Assembly (NCBI GenBank): GCA_904063045.1
Contig: CAJFCJ010000047.1
Span: 1 to 64,000 of the forward strand
Direction: 5' to 3'
Length of the DNA stretch: 64,000 bases
Origin: Dimorphilus gyrociliatus
Taxonomy: Eukaryota > Animalia > Annelida
The number at the start of each line of letters is the position of its first letter. Positions within the stretch are counted from its first letter, which is position 1. The notes below the pieces were generated by a model. It did no database searches and was not told where the DNA came from. It saw only the letters and a program-made list of their open reading frames with translations. Below are positions 12,311-26,224 of the stretch, in pieces. The position numbers and the translations under genes were made by a program.

Positions 12311-14130
12311 ATGAAAACTGTAAATGGATTTTTAGAGAGCGAAACACCAAATAGAAAGATAGAAATGAAAGATATTGGGAATATTATATCAACACGTGTT
12401 CATACATTTTCTGAAAATGTTAGCATGATTGGATTAAGGTATACAACAAACAATGAAACTTCTATTATAAAAAGAATTTTATGGACAATTCTTTTACTAT
12501 TTGGATTCGGTTTTATGATTTACCAATTACAGGATCGTATCACTTATTTCCTAAGATACGAGAGAATCTCACAAACTGATAATGTTTATAATAATTTTCT
12601 CAGATTTCCAACAGTAACAATTTGCAATGAGAATAAATACTTCCGGTCAAAAGCAATTGCGCAAGGTTACTTTAAATATTTCCTAGGTATTTATAGCATA
12701 AATGGACAATTGTTTTTAATTGTTATAAGGTTTAGAAAAGGCTATGGCTCCTCTTTTTGATGTTTTAAAGAAACAGGCAAAGGAATTTAACATAACTGAA
12801 GAGAATAAATATTTATGGAATAATTCTTATTGGGATTGGGAAAAAGTTTACGAAAGTTTGGGACATTCTAAAACTGAAGCTCTTGTTTATGTATTATTGT
12901 CTGTTTTTTTGTACCAGTTTTCTAATGTCTTTTGTTTTTTTTTAAAACAAAACAGTGTTCATTTAGGCAATTACCATGCAATGGATTGAATTTTACAATT
13001 GTTCAAACGAACATGGGAGGATGTTTGCAATTCAATTCGGGTTTGAATATCTCTTATGTTTTTTAAGTGTCTTTTTTCTTATGTTGTTCTCTTCATAGAG
13101 GATTTTCATTATGAATCAAGATCAGCTGGAGCAGCCAATGGATTAACAGTATTTCTTTATATTGGTCAATCGGATTATTTTACTGCTAATTCCTTATCAT
13201 CCGGGTATCGTGTAAGTTTTAACCCGCTTGTTATTTTTATGTTTTTTGTTGAATGCGAGGAATAGGAAACCAAGTTAATCCAAAATAGATTTTAATTCAC
13301 GATTCAAAAGAAATTCCTGAGATGTTAGAAAAAGGATTTAAACTGTCACGTGGACAAGAGTATCTTCTTTCAACATCTTTACATAGTAAAAGATTATTGA
13401 GTCATCCATATGGAAATTGCAAGAAAAATAATAGCTATAGGCAAAGTAGTTGTTTTCGAAGGTGTTTTTCAGATAAAATGGCGGAGAGATGTAATTGTGT
13501 AACACCTGATCTGAATCGTAAATAATTTCTTTTTAATTTAGGCTAAAATTTCAGAAATAATTTTTGTTTACAGCTACAAAACCAACTAAAATCTGTGCTC
13601 CTTACAATTTATTATGTATTCAAAATAATTCTATGCTCTATATCAAAGAGGATATGGTGGCAAAGTGCTCTTGTCCAAATCAATGTTTTATTCAACGATA
13701 TGATACAATGATATCATCCGCACAGTTTGGAAATCATTATCTCCAACAAGTTGGAGATAATGATGGTGTTAGAAATTATATTTTAAATGATCTAATAGCA
13801 ATCAATATTTTCTATTCATCAATGATTTCTGAAGAGTTAACTGAAAAACCTGCATACACTTGGTTGGCACTTTTATCTGATGTTGGTGGAGCTTTTGGAC
13901 TAGTTCTTGGCTCAACAATTTTGACTTTATTTGAATTTTTTGACTTTTGTCTAACTGTTATTGTAGATATGATAGGATTAAAATATTTAAAAACAAAGTT
14001 AGTCTATTCTCAGATATTAGAATTTACTCTTTTCACTTTTTCTTATCTTATCTTCTTGTTTATCATACAGAATTCAACCGATAAAATGAAATTAATGTCA
14101 ATGGACTCGTCTAAAAACATTTTTCTGTAG
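12311..14130 (+). CDS. DEG/ENaC (amiloride-sensitive sodium channel family) subunit, about 7 exons
   Basis: TM1 (RILWTILLLFGFGFMIYQL), FPTVTICNEN motif, Cys-rich thumb region and TM2 LLSDVGGAFGLVLGSTILTLFEFFDF. Exons join in frame through short introns, for example 12687-12729. Confidence 0.93.
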
Positions 14131-14137
14131 AAAATTC

Positions 14138-15150
14138 ATGCTTTTGAAAGCCTCTTCTTTCATTATTTATTGGACATTGTTCTCTATTCACAATGATTCT
14201 ACAAAGTCATTCAACTCTTCTTGTGAGATGACAGAAAAACAACATTCACAAATCTACAAATTGTATTATCTCTATTAAAAACGGTAAAACATTGCAATTT
14301 TGTTTTTTGCAAATGTTTTTATACCTGTTACTATAAATACAGTTTACCAGTTTACAGAGACTTTAAGTAGAACACATACCAAACATTGTAATATTAGAGT
14401 CAATTGACATGGTTTAGCAATATATTATATAAAATAACTGCTATTGTCATAAAACTTTGCATTAATAAACAATTTCTTATTATCACCCAAATTTTCAGGT
14501 TTTACATAATATATGAAATAATCTGCATTCATAAACTGCATAACTGTAAAGTAAATTTTTAAAATGTTATAGATATTTTATGATATACAAACATCTCCTC
14601 ATGTAATTTTGAAAAAAAAAACAGTTCACCATCTATAAAGTATTGATCAGTACTTTTAACAGCCACACACTAATTTTTGATTAATACACATCTATTTTTC
14701 CATTTTGTAGAGCATTTTCTTTTCGTACAATTGAAAGAATGTGCTATTTTATTACATGTAATTTACATGTAAAAATGCCAAATGGTAAAAGGATGATTAT
14801 AGATAGTAGAAAATGTTTAAAAATAACTCTGCTTTTCCTATTTCCAGGAAATTATCACATATACTTCTACATATACTTCTACAATATGGGGATCTCATTA
14901 CAAACTTGTGGATGGCATTGAAGAATGCTTTAGTGTTTGTTCTACAGAGATTCTTTGCAGTTTTCTTTCCTTTTCTTTAAAGATAAATGCAAAGTAATTT
15001 CTTTTCTTATTTAACTATTTTTATTTTTAGAGCATTTGAACATCATATAAATGGTAATACATGCTTTTTAAAGAAAGATTTTCTAGCCCAAGGACGCAAT
15101 CCATCATATGACACATATGTTAAAAATTATGAAGATAATGATTGTATTTA
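14138..15150 (+). pseudogene. Degenerate PAN-domain gene relic
   Basis: Exon-like pieces IICIHKLHNCK|AFSFRTIERMCYFIT and IEECFSVCSTEILC, KDKCK|AFEH reproduce the PAN motif and intron position of the paralogues but do not join cleanly. Confidence 0.45.
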
Positions 15151-16090
15151 AACCTACATAATTAGAATAAAAAATAAAATGAAAAATTTTTTTGCATTGT
15201 CACTTTATCAATGATCTAGTAGTCAAAATCAAAGGTAATTTCTACATTTATCTTCTTTCAAATATCTTCATTTTTCAATAAAGGTTTAGGTCTTAAAGTT
15301 AGGTTTTGTAAAGGTTTCCAGGATTCTAGGTTTTTATCTTCTAAACTAAATCTCATTTTTTTTACATTCAGGAAGATAAGATTCAAATATATTAGGCCTT
15401 TTGAAATCTCTAAAATGAACAGCAATTTTCATTACCAGAAATATTATAGTGATAAAAAAAAACCTTTTCTGAGCTACAAGAGGTGAAATATATCAATGAG
15501 TAGAGGGAATTGTGTAATTTAGGCTTATTTTATTTTTAGTGTTTAAAGGATTTAATCTTAATTGATATAATAATTTAATAAATGGATTAATTTGATTTCT
15601 TACCAGTCTTTAATCTACCATTTTAAAACCGAATAATCTGTTAAATACTAAAACTTTTGCCGCTCTTCAACTAATCTATTGATGATTTGTACCAAACTCT
15701 TTTAAAAAAACATTACTATTAATGTTTGTCATTCTATATTTAAAATATTCTGATTTTTCTATATCTGTTCTTATCTCCTTATCATCCCCTCTCTCCTTAA
15801 TCTTCTACTAAAATGTATGAATCATTTATGCTAAAGCGAATGAAATGATTTTGTGTTTTCTCTTGAATACATAAATTAATACTTTTACAATTTTATTTCT
15901 ATCATAATAAATTATATTTCCGGTTTGTTAAAAGTTTTTTAACCAACTTTCCGAAACTTTTTACATCTTCTCGGAAATTTTCAATGCTTCCATTTCTCAG
16001 ATATCTCGATGATAAAATGAATAAGCTTCCTCCACTACCATTCTAAATTGAGAAAGAAATTTTCACGCTACGTTTCTCACATTCAAATAT

Positions 16091-19000
16091 TTATTGTAAA
16101 CAATCACTCATACTACTCACAATGAAATATATATTTTCCAGTGTAACATCTCCTTCAAAATGTAAATCAGACATGTGTGCTGTACTCAAATTGTTGCAAA
16201 TATCTTTCAAGATTTTAGTAACATTATTAAAATGATAGAAAGATTTCTTTCTTCTTAAATCATCTAAACTCTTTACTAGACCATTCTGTTTTAGGTGTAG
16301 TTCATTCATTCTAAAGTATAATAAATCTAACACAAAGAGAAGATAATTAAAATGTTAATTCAACAAACAACATGACAAATATACATTTGCTATTTTTCTC
16401 TTCTAAAGCATTATCAACTCTGCTCTGTCTGTAAAAAATATATAAAAAAAACTGCAAAATATATCCCTAAATGCCTTATATTTACATTCTCTTCTCTCTC
16501 TTTCTCTTCACAGATGAATAGTATGATTTTCCATCACGGAGAGTGTAGAGTAGAGGATTTATCACGGAATTTAATGGCAACGTAATAATCACTATAGAAA
16601 CGTAGATATCCTTCTTTACGACCAGGTTAAAGAATGCAGAGTACACTCCTAATTTGTTAGATAAAATGAGAAATATCATAATTTTAACCTTAGCAAATAC
16701 TTAACCTAAAACAGAAATGGGAAACCAACAACAAAGATTTGATATAACAATGAAAAAGGCATTTAATTTAAACTTTTTCTGTTGACTTTTAAATTGATCT
16801 TCCTTAATCAATTTTCTTCCAATAAGTGTCTCTCTCCAAATTCTTACATATAATCCAATGATTAATAGACATATTGCAGAGATTGATATTCCAAAGATCA
16901 CAAATGAGAATAGCCAACCTTCAATTTTCTCACTCGACATGTAAAGGGTAAAACATACTGGACTTCTTGAGTAGTATGTCTGCAATTTGTTTGTCAGTTA
17001 AAAAATTATTCATTACTCTATTATTTTTCCATACTTCATAGATAAACAATGGAAAAGTAGAGATAAATGCTGATAAAATGAATACAAATGTCACCAGCAA
17101 TAATACTCTATTTTTTGTAAAGATTCTCTTGAAAGGATAAATAATGATAACATATCTTTCTATGGTAATGAGAAGAAGACTAAGGGATGAGAGTAGAATA
17201 GACCAACTGCAAAACCATCCCAGAATTATGCAGAAAAGACTATTTCTCCAATCATAGTCATTTTCAATATAATTTTGTCTGAAAAATAAATCAACACTTC
17301 CAACAATAATCAAATAGATTGACATACAAAAATCAGCGAGTGACAAACTCAAATGAAACCAATTTTTCTGTTTCTTAGAGAGAATTCCTCTGAAAATCAA
17401 TGATAAACAATTTTCAATGAAGCCAACTACTGCAAATATCCACAAAATTGAACGAAGAGAATCAGATTCTAGTAGATCTGTACAAGAATTGAATAGAGAT
17501 TTTGTTGGATGACAATCTCTTATGTTTTTGGAATATTGCCAAGAAAAACAGCAAAATGAGAAATATTCACTGTACAATACTTCCAATGATTGCAAAGGTT
17601 TTATTAATAAACTCTTATACTTTAACGGTAGTTTTGTACTTTTCAAAGATAATCTCTTCAGATTTGAAAGAGGAGAGAATGCATTCTTACTAAAATCATG
17701 AATATGTGAAAAATCAATAATTAGAATTCTGAGTTGTTTCAAATTCAAAAAGAATTTTTCACTCAAATAAGAGATGTCTGTAAATGTGAAATTGATAAAC
17801 ATCAAATATGGCGATTTTCTTAATGAAGTTTCAATGTTTGTCTTGATAATTCCACGATTTATGACCAAATTTTGAAGATTAATCATTGGACTGGAAAAGA
17901 TAAGAGATAAATTGAAATCCTTACAGTTGATTAGAGAAAGATATGCAAGATTTGGATATGTTTTTGATATAGTAAAATTGAATAGTGTAGAATTATGGAA
18001 TGATAGAAAAGTTGTTGAAAAGTCTTTTAAGGATGGAAAATTTACAAATGTTGATTTGTGATAAATTTCAATTTTTTTAAATTTGGCAAACAATATTGGA
18101 GTTGGATGATTTAAGACATTTTTAAATGAACATTGAATTGAATAGAAGTGACTGCAAATACAATGATTAGGGCATGTTGCATTAAAATCGCAATATAATT
18201 CATCTGTGCCCATTTGGCAATCAATAATGTGATTGCAGATGTCACTCAATGGAATAAATGTTCTCTCATTCTTGCACTTAAGATATCCTCTGGGAAAAAA
18301 CTGGTCTTTTGAATTGAGATTAATTAGATTTGAATGATAGATTCAAAACTGTACTATTTTTACCGCAATTTTGTTCATCATCGTAGTGAATACAATGCAC
18401 AATTCCGTCACATACTTGCTTTATAGAAATGCAGTATCCACCTAATTTACATAAATACTGTCCATAAGGGCAGACTGTTTTACTGCAATTTTCCAGTTCA
18501 AGAAAGGGATAATGGACTTTTGTTAAAAGATTTCCCATTGAATTGTATTCAACTCTACATCTATATTTTTCAGATCTACGAAATTTAGAGCAGTCATTAG
18601 CATCGTAACTACTCAACGATTCGCAAACAGATTGTTTTTCATCTTCTCTATCAAGACAATTGATTTGAAAATCACAAACTCTCCTGTTTGGTATACATCT
18701 ATTATCGCAATTATAGGCCTTGTATTTTTTACAATCATCTAGAAATGTTATATTATTAGTTTGTCTCTTGTTTTTAATAAGAAATTCAAATTGTAACCTT
18801 GTCTTGCTGTCAATGATGTACCGCATTTTTCATCACTTCCATCAAAACAGTGCTTTTCATCATCACAAATCAATTTCTCAGGAATACATTGACCATTGTC
18901 GCACCTGTAAAAAAGTTTTTTTTTTTTAAATGTTTCAGAATGTTCAATGTCAAGGTCATTTACCTATTTTCTTTGTCATTACATTGAAGCCTTTCTGAAA

Positions 19001-22000
19001 ATACGATAAAAAGTATATGAAATGTTTAATTTGCAGTTGTTTCGGTTTTTGTCTTCCTACCGCAATTCAATTCGTCCAATTTATTAGGACAATCATTGAT
19101 ATAATCGCATACAAATTGATTTAAGATTGTAGTATTTTCATTGCAGTAGAATAGATTTCCAATTGTTGAGCAATTGGCCTCATCTTCCCCAGAGAAGCAA
19201 TCTTTTCTTCCATCGCAAACACTAATAGAATTAATACAAATCTTATCTTTCCTACATTGAAACAAGTTGATTGGACAATCCATAAAATCTTTATTTTCTG
19301 TATCATTCGTCAAGGAAAAGTTAAATGTATCTGTTAAATCATTTATGGTATGATCACGTGACAAATGAGAAGAATGTAAAGGAAAAGTTTGTAATAAAAT
19401 TTCGGAGAACTTACAAGGTATCTTACAAAAATTGTCAGTAATTATCTTCTTATCGCAGTTTAATGAGGTTATTGAGTAAGCTACATGCTTTATTTGGATC
19501 CCTTCAGCATAATAACATTGTGAGTATTCTTTGTGATGGAAATACTCTCGAAAACGTTTGGAAAGTGAAAGTTGTAGACATTTTCTAAAGAATCTGCCGA
19601 AAGAGAAAAGAGAGATTATTTGTTTGTAAAAGAAAAAAATATGGAACAAATGTTTGCCAAACTTTAAATCAAAATTTAATGTAAAACCATAAAACTTGTA
19701 GGGTTTTCCATCACTGAATAGAAGATTTCTATACCCTTTTGAATCATTGAGTACTTGAAATTCTTTTCAGAAAATCTTGCATTTAAACATGCAGTATACA
19801 AATAGCTCTATATAAAAATATTTTGTATATACTTCCTGGTACAATCTTCATGTTTGCAAATGCACTATATTCAATTCCCTGAGATAAATCAGAGAGAAAT
19901 TTGAAATCATCACTGGAATAGTATGATAGAGTTGAGTTTCTCTTTTTACATTCCTCTGATGCCTTATTTATAGATAATGGGCGATGATAGGTAATTTGGA
20001 TATAGCAACCGCCATGGATAATATAGGCTTGAGGATCCAGGCAGAAAAATTCTTGAAAAGAAAGCATAAATGATAGAAGAAGAATTTATATTGATACACT
20101 ACTCTCATTATGATTACATTCCAGTATATATTTTCCAAATAGGTCATAGAAAAATCCTCTTTTACTGTTTGCAACAAAATGACTTAATAAATACCAAGAG
20201 TAGTTTGTCAAAAATTTTCAAAATACAAACCCTCCGTAGGAATAATTCAGTGAAATGTTACACTGAGTAATGTCACCAATATTTGGACAATTTATGGAAA
20301 ATGCATGCTCCCTATGTATTCTTAGATTAGATGAAGATTTTTCTGCTTTTAGCCTACCATTCTTAAATCCCAATGATCTACAAATGTTTAAAATCTCAAA
20401 GCTCTTAAGATTTTGCGGAATTGATCTAAGCCAAGAAAGGCCATGAAACATGATTAATGATCCTGCAAAAGACCCGCTTTTTGGCTGGTCTTTGCTTGTT
20501 GATAAAATAAAACTGGTATCAGTTCTATAAAGCATAAAAGTATTATCTGAAAAATTGAATATTCAACTATTCAGTATATATATATATATATATATTCGTA
20601 AAGTGTATTCAATTACCTTGTATTGTAGTGGCTGCCCCACATTCTACTGCAAATGTGGTACCCCTTTTGAATCCATCATGAAATTTACATCCACCATACA
20701 ACTCATATGTCCAACTGCAAGACTGCAAACAAGGAACTAGAAAATTTTCTAAATGATAGCTAACTTGTGGGCATCTATTGGAAAAGTGTGGTCTAAAAGA
20801 GTGTAGAACATGAGGGTTTGGTAATCTATTCCTTCCGCCAAGTCTGCAAATCATTTGACCAATTTCTCTTGATTCAAGTACATTTATAAAGATAATTGGA
20901 AAATGGCCAAAAGTTTTTGATAAAAAAATGTAAGATATTTTATCAGTAAGATTTTTTTGAAAGATAAATAATTTGTGAAAATCTGACATAAACTCCACTG
21001 AAAGATCTGCAAATCAAAATTATTGCTGTGTAGACTGATAACTAATAGAGTATACAGACTACTCAACCTTTGAGATCATTTTTTTCGCATTCCAACACCT
21101 TTGAGGAAAAAGATATATCACTCCTTTCCTCTTTGGAGAATTCCAAAAATTTTACAATAGTTCCATTGACAAGCTCTACAGCAATATTTTGCTGTTCAAC
21201 AATTAAAGATTGCCTATTATTCTTGTAAAATAGTACTTGATGGCAAATGTTACCAGTTGTAACATTTGCCTTCCAGGAGGCTATAAATGTTTTTCGATTG
21301 TGTCTAACAGCGATGTCGTACAACTCACGATGACGAGATGATCGAATAGCAAATAAAACTGCATTAGGAAAGAAAGAAAGAAAGAATTAATGTAAAAAAC
21401 ATGTGAATAATACCATTTTTTTCTTACATGGAAAATCTATTTTAAAACATTTTAGACAAAAAGACGCAGTACGGAAATTTTTTACTTGAATCTCTTTTCT
21501 TTTTCAAACAGCGAAAGTATACAATAATATTTGAAAATAGAGTTTAAATATTTGAAAATCTTACAAAACGTGTTGGCCATTTTCGTAGAGTAGTATCACT
21601 GATAAGTTCGCTGAAAGTTTTTTTTTTAGTTTTTTGACAAAAAAATTATGGAGAACAACAGGAAATATCCCATGCCTTTGCTGCCATGACTTTAGCATAC
21701 TTCCTGTTCACCTCCTTATCAAATTTCTCACCATTCTCATGATTACAAGCTTCAGCATTAAAATGAATGTCATCATAGCCAAGAGTAATACACAATCCAA
21801 CATGAAACTCTTGTTTTATACCAGGTCCAAAAGCAACACCAATCTCCCTCTCTTCCATTGATTTGATAGTGACAAGTACTCTGCCATAAACTGATACTCT
21901 ATCTTCCTTTATTGTTCTCAATGAGTAAATTATACTTGTATCATTTAGATGATCAGATAACAATTTTCCTTGATAAGAACACCCAAAACTGCTGATAACT

Positions 22001-22056
22001 GATATTGCAAAGTTACAAAATACATATAGAATTAACCATCCAAAAAATTTAATCAT
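16091..22056 (-). CDS. LDLa-LRR GPCR (GRL101-like LGR) with N-terminal SRCR and C-type lectin domains
   Basis: Signal peptide at 22056, SRCR (20218-20500), CTL-like domain (19800-20050), about six LDLa modules, LRRs, FCCF hinge and 7TM with ITIERY and NPLLYTL. Two further spliced exons (about 16430-16385 and 16330-16091) extend the C-tail. Confidence 0.9.
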
Positions 22057-22910
22057 TTCAATTGTTTTTAGAAAGCAGAAAAGTCTTCATTGTAACAAAT
22101 ATTTTTTGCCATTTTTTTTAAATACCTGAAAAAATTCACCTGTACAGTAAATTATAAATAATAACCAGTTAAATAGATATATTACTGCAACACATCTCAC
22201 AAAATAGATATCTAATACTACTTATCTACAGTAAGGATAGGTAAGACAAACTGATTGTAATAGATATAGGCCTATTACAAGTTATATAGTCATTCAGCTG
22301 AGTTGATGTCTCAATTTGTTTGTCTGTTTCCTGTTGTTATCTATAGCTATTAATAAATTATTTATTATTTGTTCAAGAATTGCTGAACAAATTGATGATT
22401 TTATTAAAATTAGTATCATAAAGGAGTTACGGAAGAACAATTAAAGAATTTACATCAAATCCTTTTGCAGTTTTGCATGGTGGGCATTTTCAACACTGGG
22501 TGTCTTATAAAGGAGTATTGAATTCATTCAACAATTTTCTAAACTGATTGATTAATATTTAGGTTTAGGCAAGGCATTCAAAAATGTCAACAAAAAATTA
22601 AAGAGAAAAACTACTTTTTTAAATGAATAATTAACAGTAGCCTTTCTTTAAGTGTGCAAAAAGAAAAAATGAGAAAAGAGTAAAAATTTTCAGTGTAGAA
22701 AAGACTTCATATCAGTACTGTATACCAAATGGTAACAGTTGACTATTATTGACTTATGGATCAGTTTCAAACATGGGAGCAAATTCGTCATTTTAAATGA
22801 TCATTTAAGAAACTAAAGACAAATTAGCCAAGCATATATGTCATAGTTCGAGTGCTCAACTAAAATCCCTTTTGCAACTATATCTTTTTAAAGGTTACCA
22901 GGTCATTAAT

Positions 22911-23021
22911 CTTGTGTCCCCTATTTTGCATTTTTACCATAACCCTAACCCAACTTTTTAGTACCTAACATTCAGTTTGGCCTTGACATAGACTGATATC
23001 AATGAAATTGAATTTTTCCTA
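22911..23021 (-). mobile_element. MITE fragment (second GGGGTCG-type family)
   Basis: Shares AGACTGA(T/A)ATCAATGAAATTGAATTTTTCCTAA with 43355-43388 and contains AACCCTAACCC. Confidence 0.55.
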
Positions 23022-23024
23022 AAA

Positions 23025-23500
23025 TAATATTGTTCACTTCATCTTGGCTCTTGTTTAACATCTCGCATTTCGCAAAATATCTTTCAATTTCTTGGATGGC
23101 AACATTTTAGATCCATCTTGCTTGTAGCACAGCATAGCCTCTCAGATCGTTCTTTTGCAAAAGCTTCTTGCAAGTAGAGGACAAAAATGTTTAACTCAGT
23201 CTTGAATGGTTAATGACATGTGAAGACTAAATATTAATAATGCTTTTAGAAATCATAAATCAAAAGCCATTTCTGACATTTCTTGCCATTGTGTAAAAAA
23301 ATTCTCACCCTTTATGAGGCTTTATATAATTTAAATTCATTTAGATTTTTATGAAAAGATCATGACAAATGTACGAATTTTTTAACAAAAAGACTGATTT
23401 TTATAAAATAGTTTCATATTATTTATTGTAAAGACAAATAATATGACTTTCCCATAAGAAAAATATTTAAAAAGTTAACCCAATGTTCGTCAAAGTTGTT
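23025..23500 (-). mobile_element. Decayed Tc1 transposase relic
   Basis: Homologous to 41330-41640 (KNDLRG...KMDLKCCHPRN...MLNKSQDEVNNIIL). Confidence 0.55.
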
Positions 23501-23519
23501 CCAAAAAAAAATTATAAGC

Positions 23520-24480
23520 AAAATACGTGATATTCGTCCAACGCCAATATTTTACCAAGATATACCTGAACATGAAGGAGAAGGTGGTGGGAAAGAAGGA
23601 AATTGAGAGAAACTATATTAAGATATTAAACTCACCTTGGACTGAATTTGCAACTTTTTCATTCATTTCCATAGTCATTTTGAAATGCTTCATGGCGTTT
23701 TGATTAAAAGGATACAAATATATCAACCAGTTTTCACTATAGTTATTTGACAGTAAAGTTAAAAATAGTTGAATTTTAATTGATATTCAACAAATATTTT
23801 AGTGTTTGATACAAATGATAACACACTCTCCAAAATTCAAATTGTTTTTCTATAGAAATCGGAGTTTTCACAATGCTATTAATTCTATCATCAGTTTGAG
23901 TTCTTACTAAATTATGAGCGGCAATAAGAAATCTTTCATATCTATTTTCATTATTGTAGTAATCAGTTTTATGTATCTTGAAATATCTGTCTGTAAAACA
24001 AATACAAAAATTTTTGGTGTTATTTATGTATTAAAACAATACCAGTTACTAATCCAATAGCTCTTTTACTTTTATCAGACATTTGCCATACATTTAATGT
24101 CCTGAAGAAAGTATTAGATTTGAATCTATAATATCATCCAACCAATTAGAACCATATTTTGAAGTCATATAACTCACTTCCAATTGGCGTCAACACAAAA
24201 CGTACTAAAGTGAGACAAATAAGCACTAACTACAAACTTTACGACTGTTGAATGAATTTTTGTAAAATTGTTCATAAATCTTTAATCTCATTTATGAATT
24301 TTAACATTCAATCATTTCTATAAAAAGAATATTGATTTTTAACTTATATAGAGAAATAGTCACCTAGAACAATACAAAATTAGAGTTAATTGTCACCAAA
24401 ATTTATAAACTATTCAGAGATGTTTAAGAAATAAATTGTATTCCTGTGTAGTAAATGTATATATTCAATTGATTGCTAGA
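23520..24480 (-). pseudogene. Multi-exon coding relic of unknown family
   Basis: Spliceable pieces RFVLTPIGSELYDFKIWF*LVG*YYRFKSNTFFRTLNVWQMSDKSKRAIGLVT|DRYFKIHKTDYYNNENRYERFLIAAHNLVR..., with several stops and a frameshift. Confidence 0.5.
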
Positions 24481-24663
24481 AAGTCTTTCTGGTTCAATAC
24501 TAAATGTAATGTGTTTTTCTAGGAAAGTGTATTTCTATAATAATGAATGAGCGATAATACATAATTTGATTTGAAAAAGAAAAGAAAGGGTTCCCTCTAA
24601 CGGTTATAAGAACAGTGAAAAAAGGTTTTGGTGTTAAGGCAAAACCTTGAAAATAGAATTTAC

Positions 24664-25595
24664 TTGCATTTTATTTTCTCATAATAATCATACTCTTCAG
24701 TAAAATAGACATTCTTTACATCTTGGTCTTTTGTTTCAGTCTTGAGAAAACACTCTCCTGTAGCTTTTTCATAACTTATACTTCTAATGCACAAAATAGT
24801 GAACTAAATTTTATTGTTAAAAGAAATGTAACAGTTTTTTTTGTATTTCTTACTTGCAAATATCCAACTTTTTACAAATTTTATGACAATTTTTCACATC
24901 TTTATAAGTGATAAATACAATATTGCTATATATGAATTTAGTATTCTTGAAATGCTTAAATATGTAATCTAAAATGATTAAAAAAATATAAATAAAATAT
25001 CTAAAGATGCTGGAGAACATCCATATTTATTGGGCAAAACTTACCTTCTTTTTGTTTAGTACTATCTATTCGTGGAGAAGTTATTTATTTGATAAAATGG
25101 TGGAAAATTTCTAACAAATATGGCAATAATACTTACTACAATCATCATTCTTACTGTGATGAGTAGCAGTTGTAGAAACAACTAAACCATTGGTGAGCAT
25201 TGAACCATTTTTTAAGTAACAATTCCCATCCAATGGATAGAAATCAAATGATCTAGTTGTATTTTTAAATATTTTTTGTGTATTAATCAAGCAAAAATGT
25301 ATATTACAATTTTAATTCTTACTTGCATTCTTTTATTTCATTACAAACTGCTTGACAATGAAATGTACTTCCATTAGCAAGAGTTGCCAATAAAATACTG
25401 CCGGAAAGTCTATTTTTATCAATCTTTTGATATGAACATTCTATTTAAAAGAAAAGTATATTAAATATTGGAAAAGTAAACAGATTCTTTGGTTTATAAA
25501 AATTCTTTACTAGTAAATTCCAAAAAATTATAAAGCTGCGAACAATTTGAAAAGATAACGAAGGATAAAAGAATTCTAATTTCAATCGTAGTCAT
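24664..25595 (-). CDS. Secreted protein with two PAN/Apple domains (one apparent 1-nt frameshift near 24890)
   Basis: MTTIEIRILLSFVIFSNCSQ..|KCSYQKIDK...HCQAVCNEIKECK|SFDFYPLDGNCYLKNG...|...ENCHKICKKLDICK|SISYEKATGECFLKT...YDYYEKIKC. Confidence 0.7.
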
Positions 25596-25977
25596 TGCTA
25601 TATTAAATTTTCAAGAGTTTAATAAGAGTTATATATAAATGTACATTTGCTTTGGAATTATTTGGTTGACTTTAAGATCTTTATTATTCTATGAACAAAC
25701 ATTTATTTATGGGTAATGATATTACTTAGAAAGAGAGAGAGCACCTTTTAAATGTATACATTAGTTATATACACGTAACTTAACTCTATTCTATTATATG
25801 ACATTGACAAATTTGATCTTGACAGTCAATAATTATATTTATAGGTTATTCAATAAAGATAATTATAGATAATAGCTCTAATGTTCAAGACAAAGTCATA
25901 AGTACGTTATTCTTAATAATGTTTGGTATGCGCAGCTAGTAATATAGCTAGAACAAGAATCTATTGTTCTGCTATTT

Positions 25978-26173
25978 CGGGTCGACAAGATATGTCCATA
26001 AATAATATATTTCGAGAAAAATGGTCAGATAGAACAAGTCAGCTATTGATTTGTACTTGGAAGGCTTAGATGCAGATCTAAGGATAGGATTAGGGAAAAA
26101 TACCAGGCAGAGACAAAGGCTGGGTTAGGATTACGGTAAAAGCTGTGATTTGTGGACGTATTCTGTCGCATTC
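25978..26173 (+). mobile_element. MITE, GGGGTCGACAG family (diverged copy)
   Basis: Homologous to 28062-28268; ends ATTTGTGGACGTATTCTGTCGCATTC. Confidence 0.75.
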
Positions 26174-26224
26174 TTTTACTGTCACTTTTATCTAATAGAA
26201 GAGTAAAATAGCTAGATAAGATAT

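Noticed and set aside
24622-24649. Small hairpins (AAGGTTTTG..CAAAACCTT; also about 22256-22282, 27818-27839, 51340-51356)
   Set aside because: Arms of 6-9 bp are expected by chance in AT-rich DNA, and there is no supporting context.
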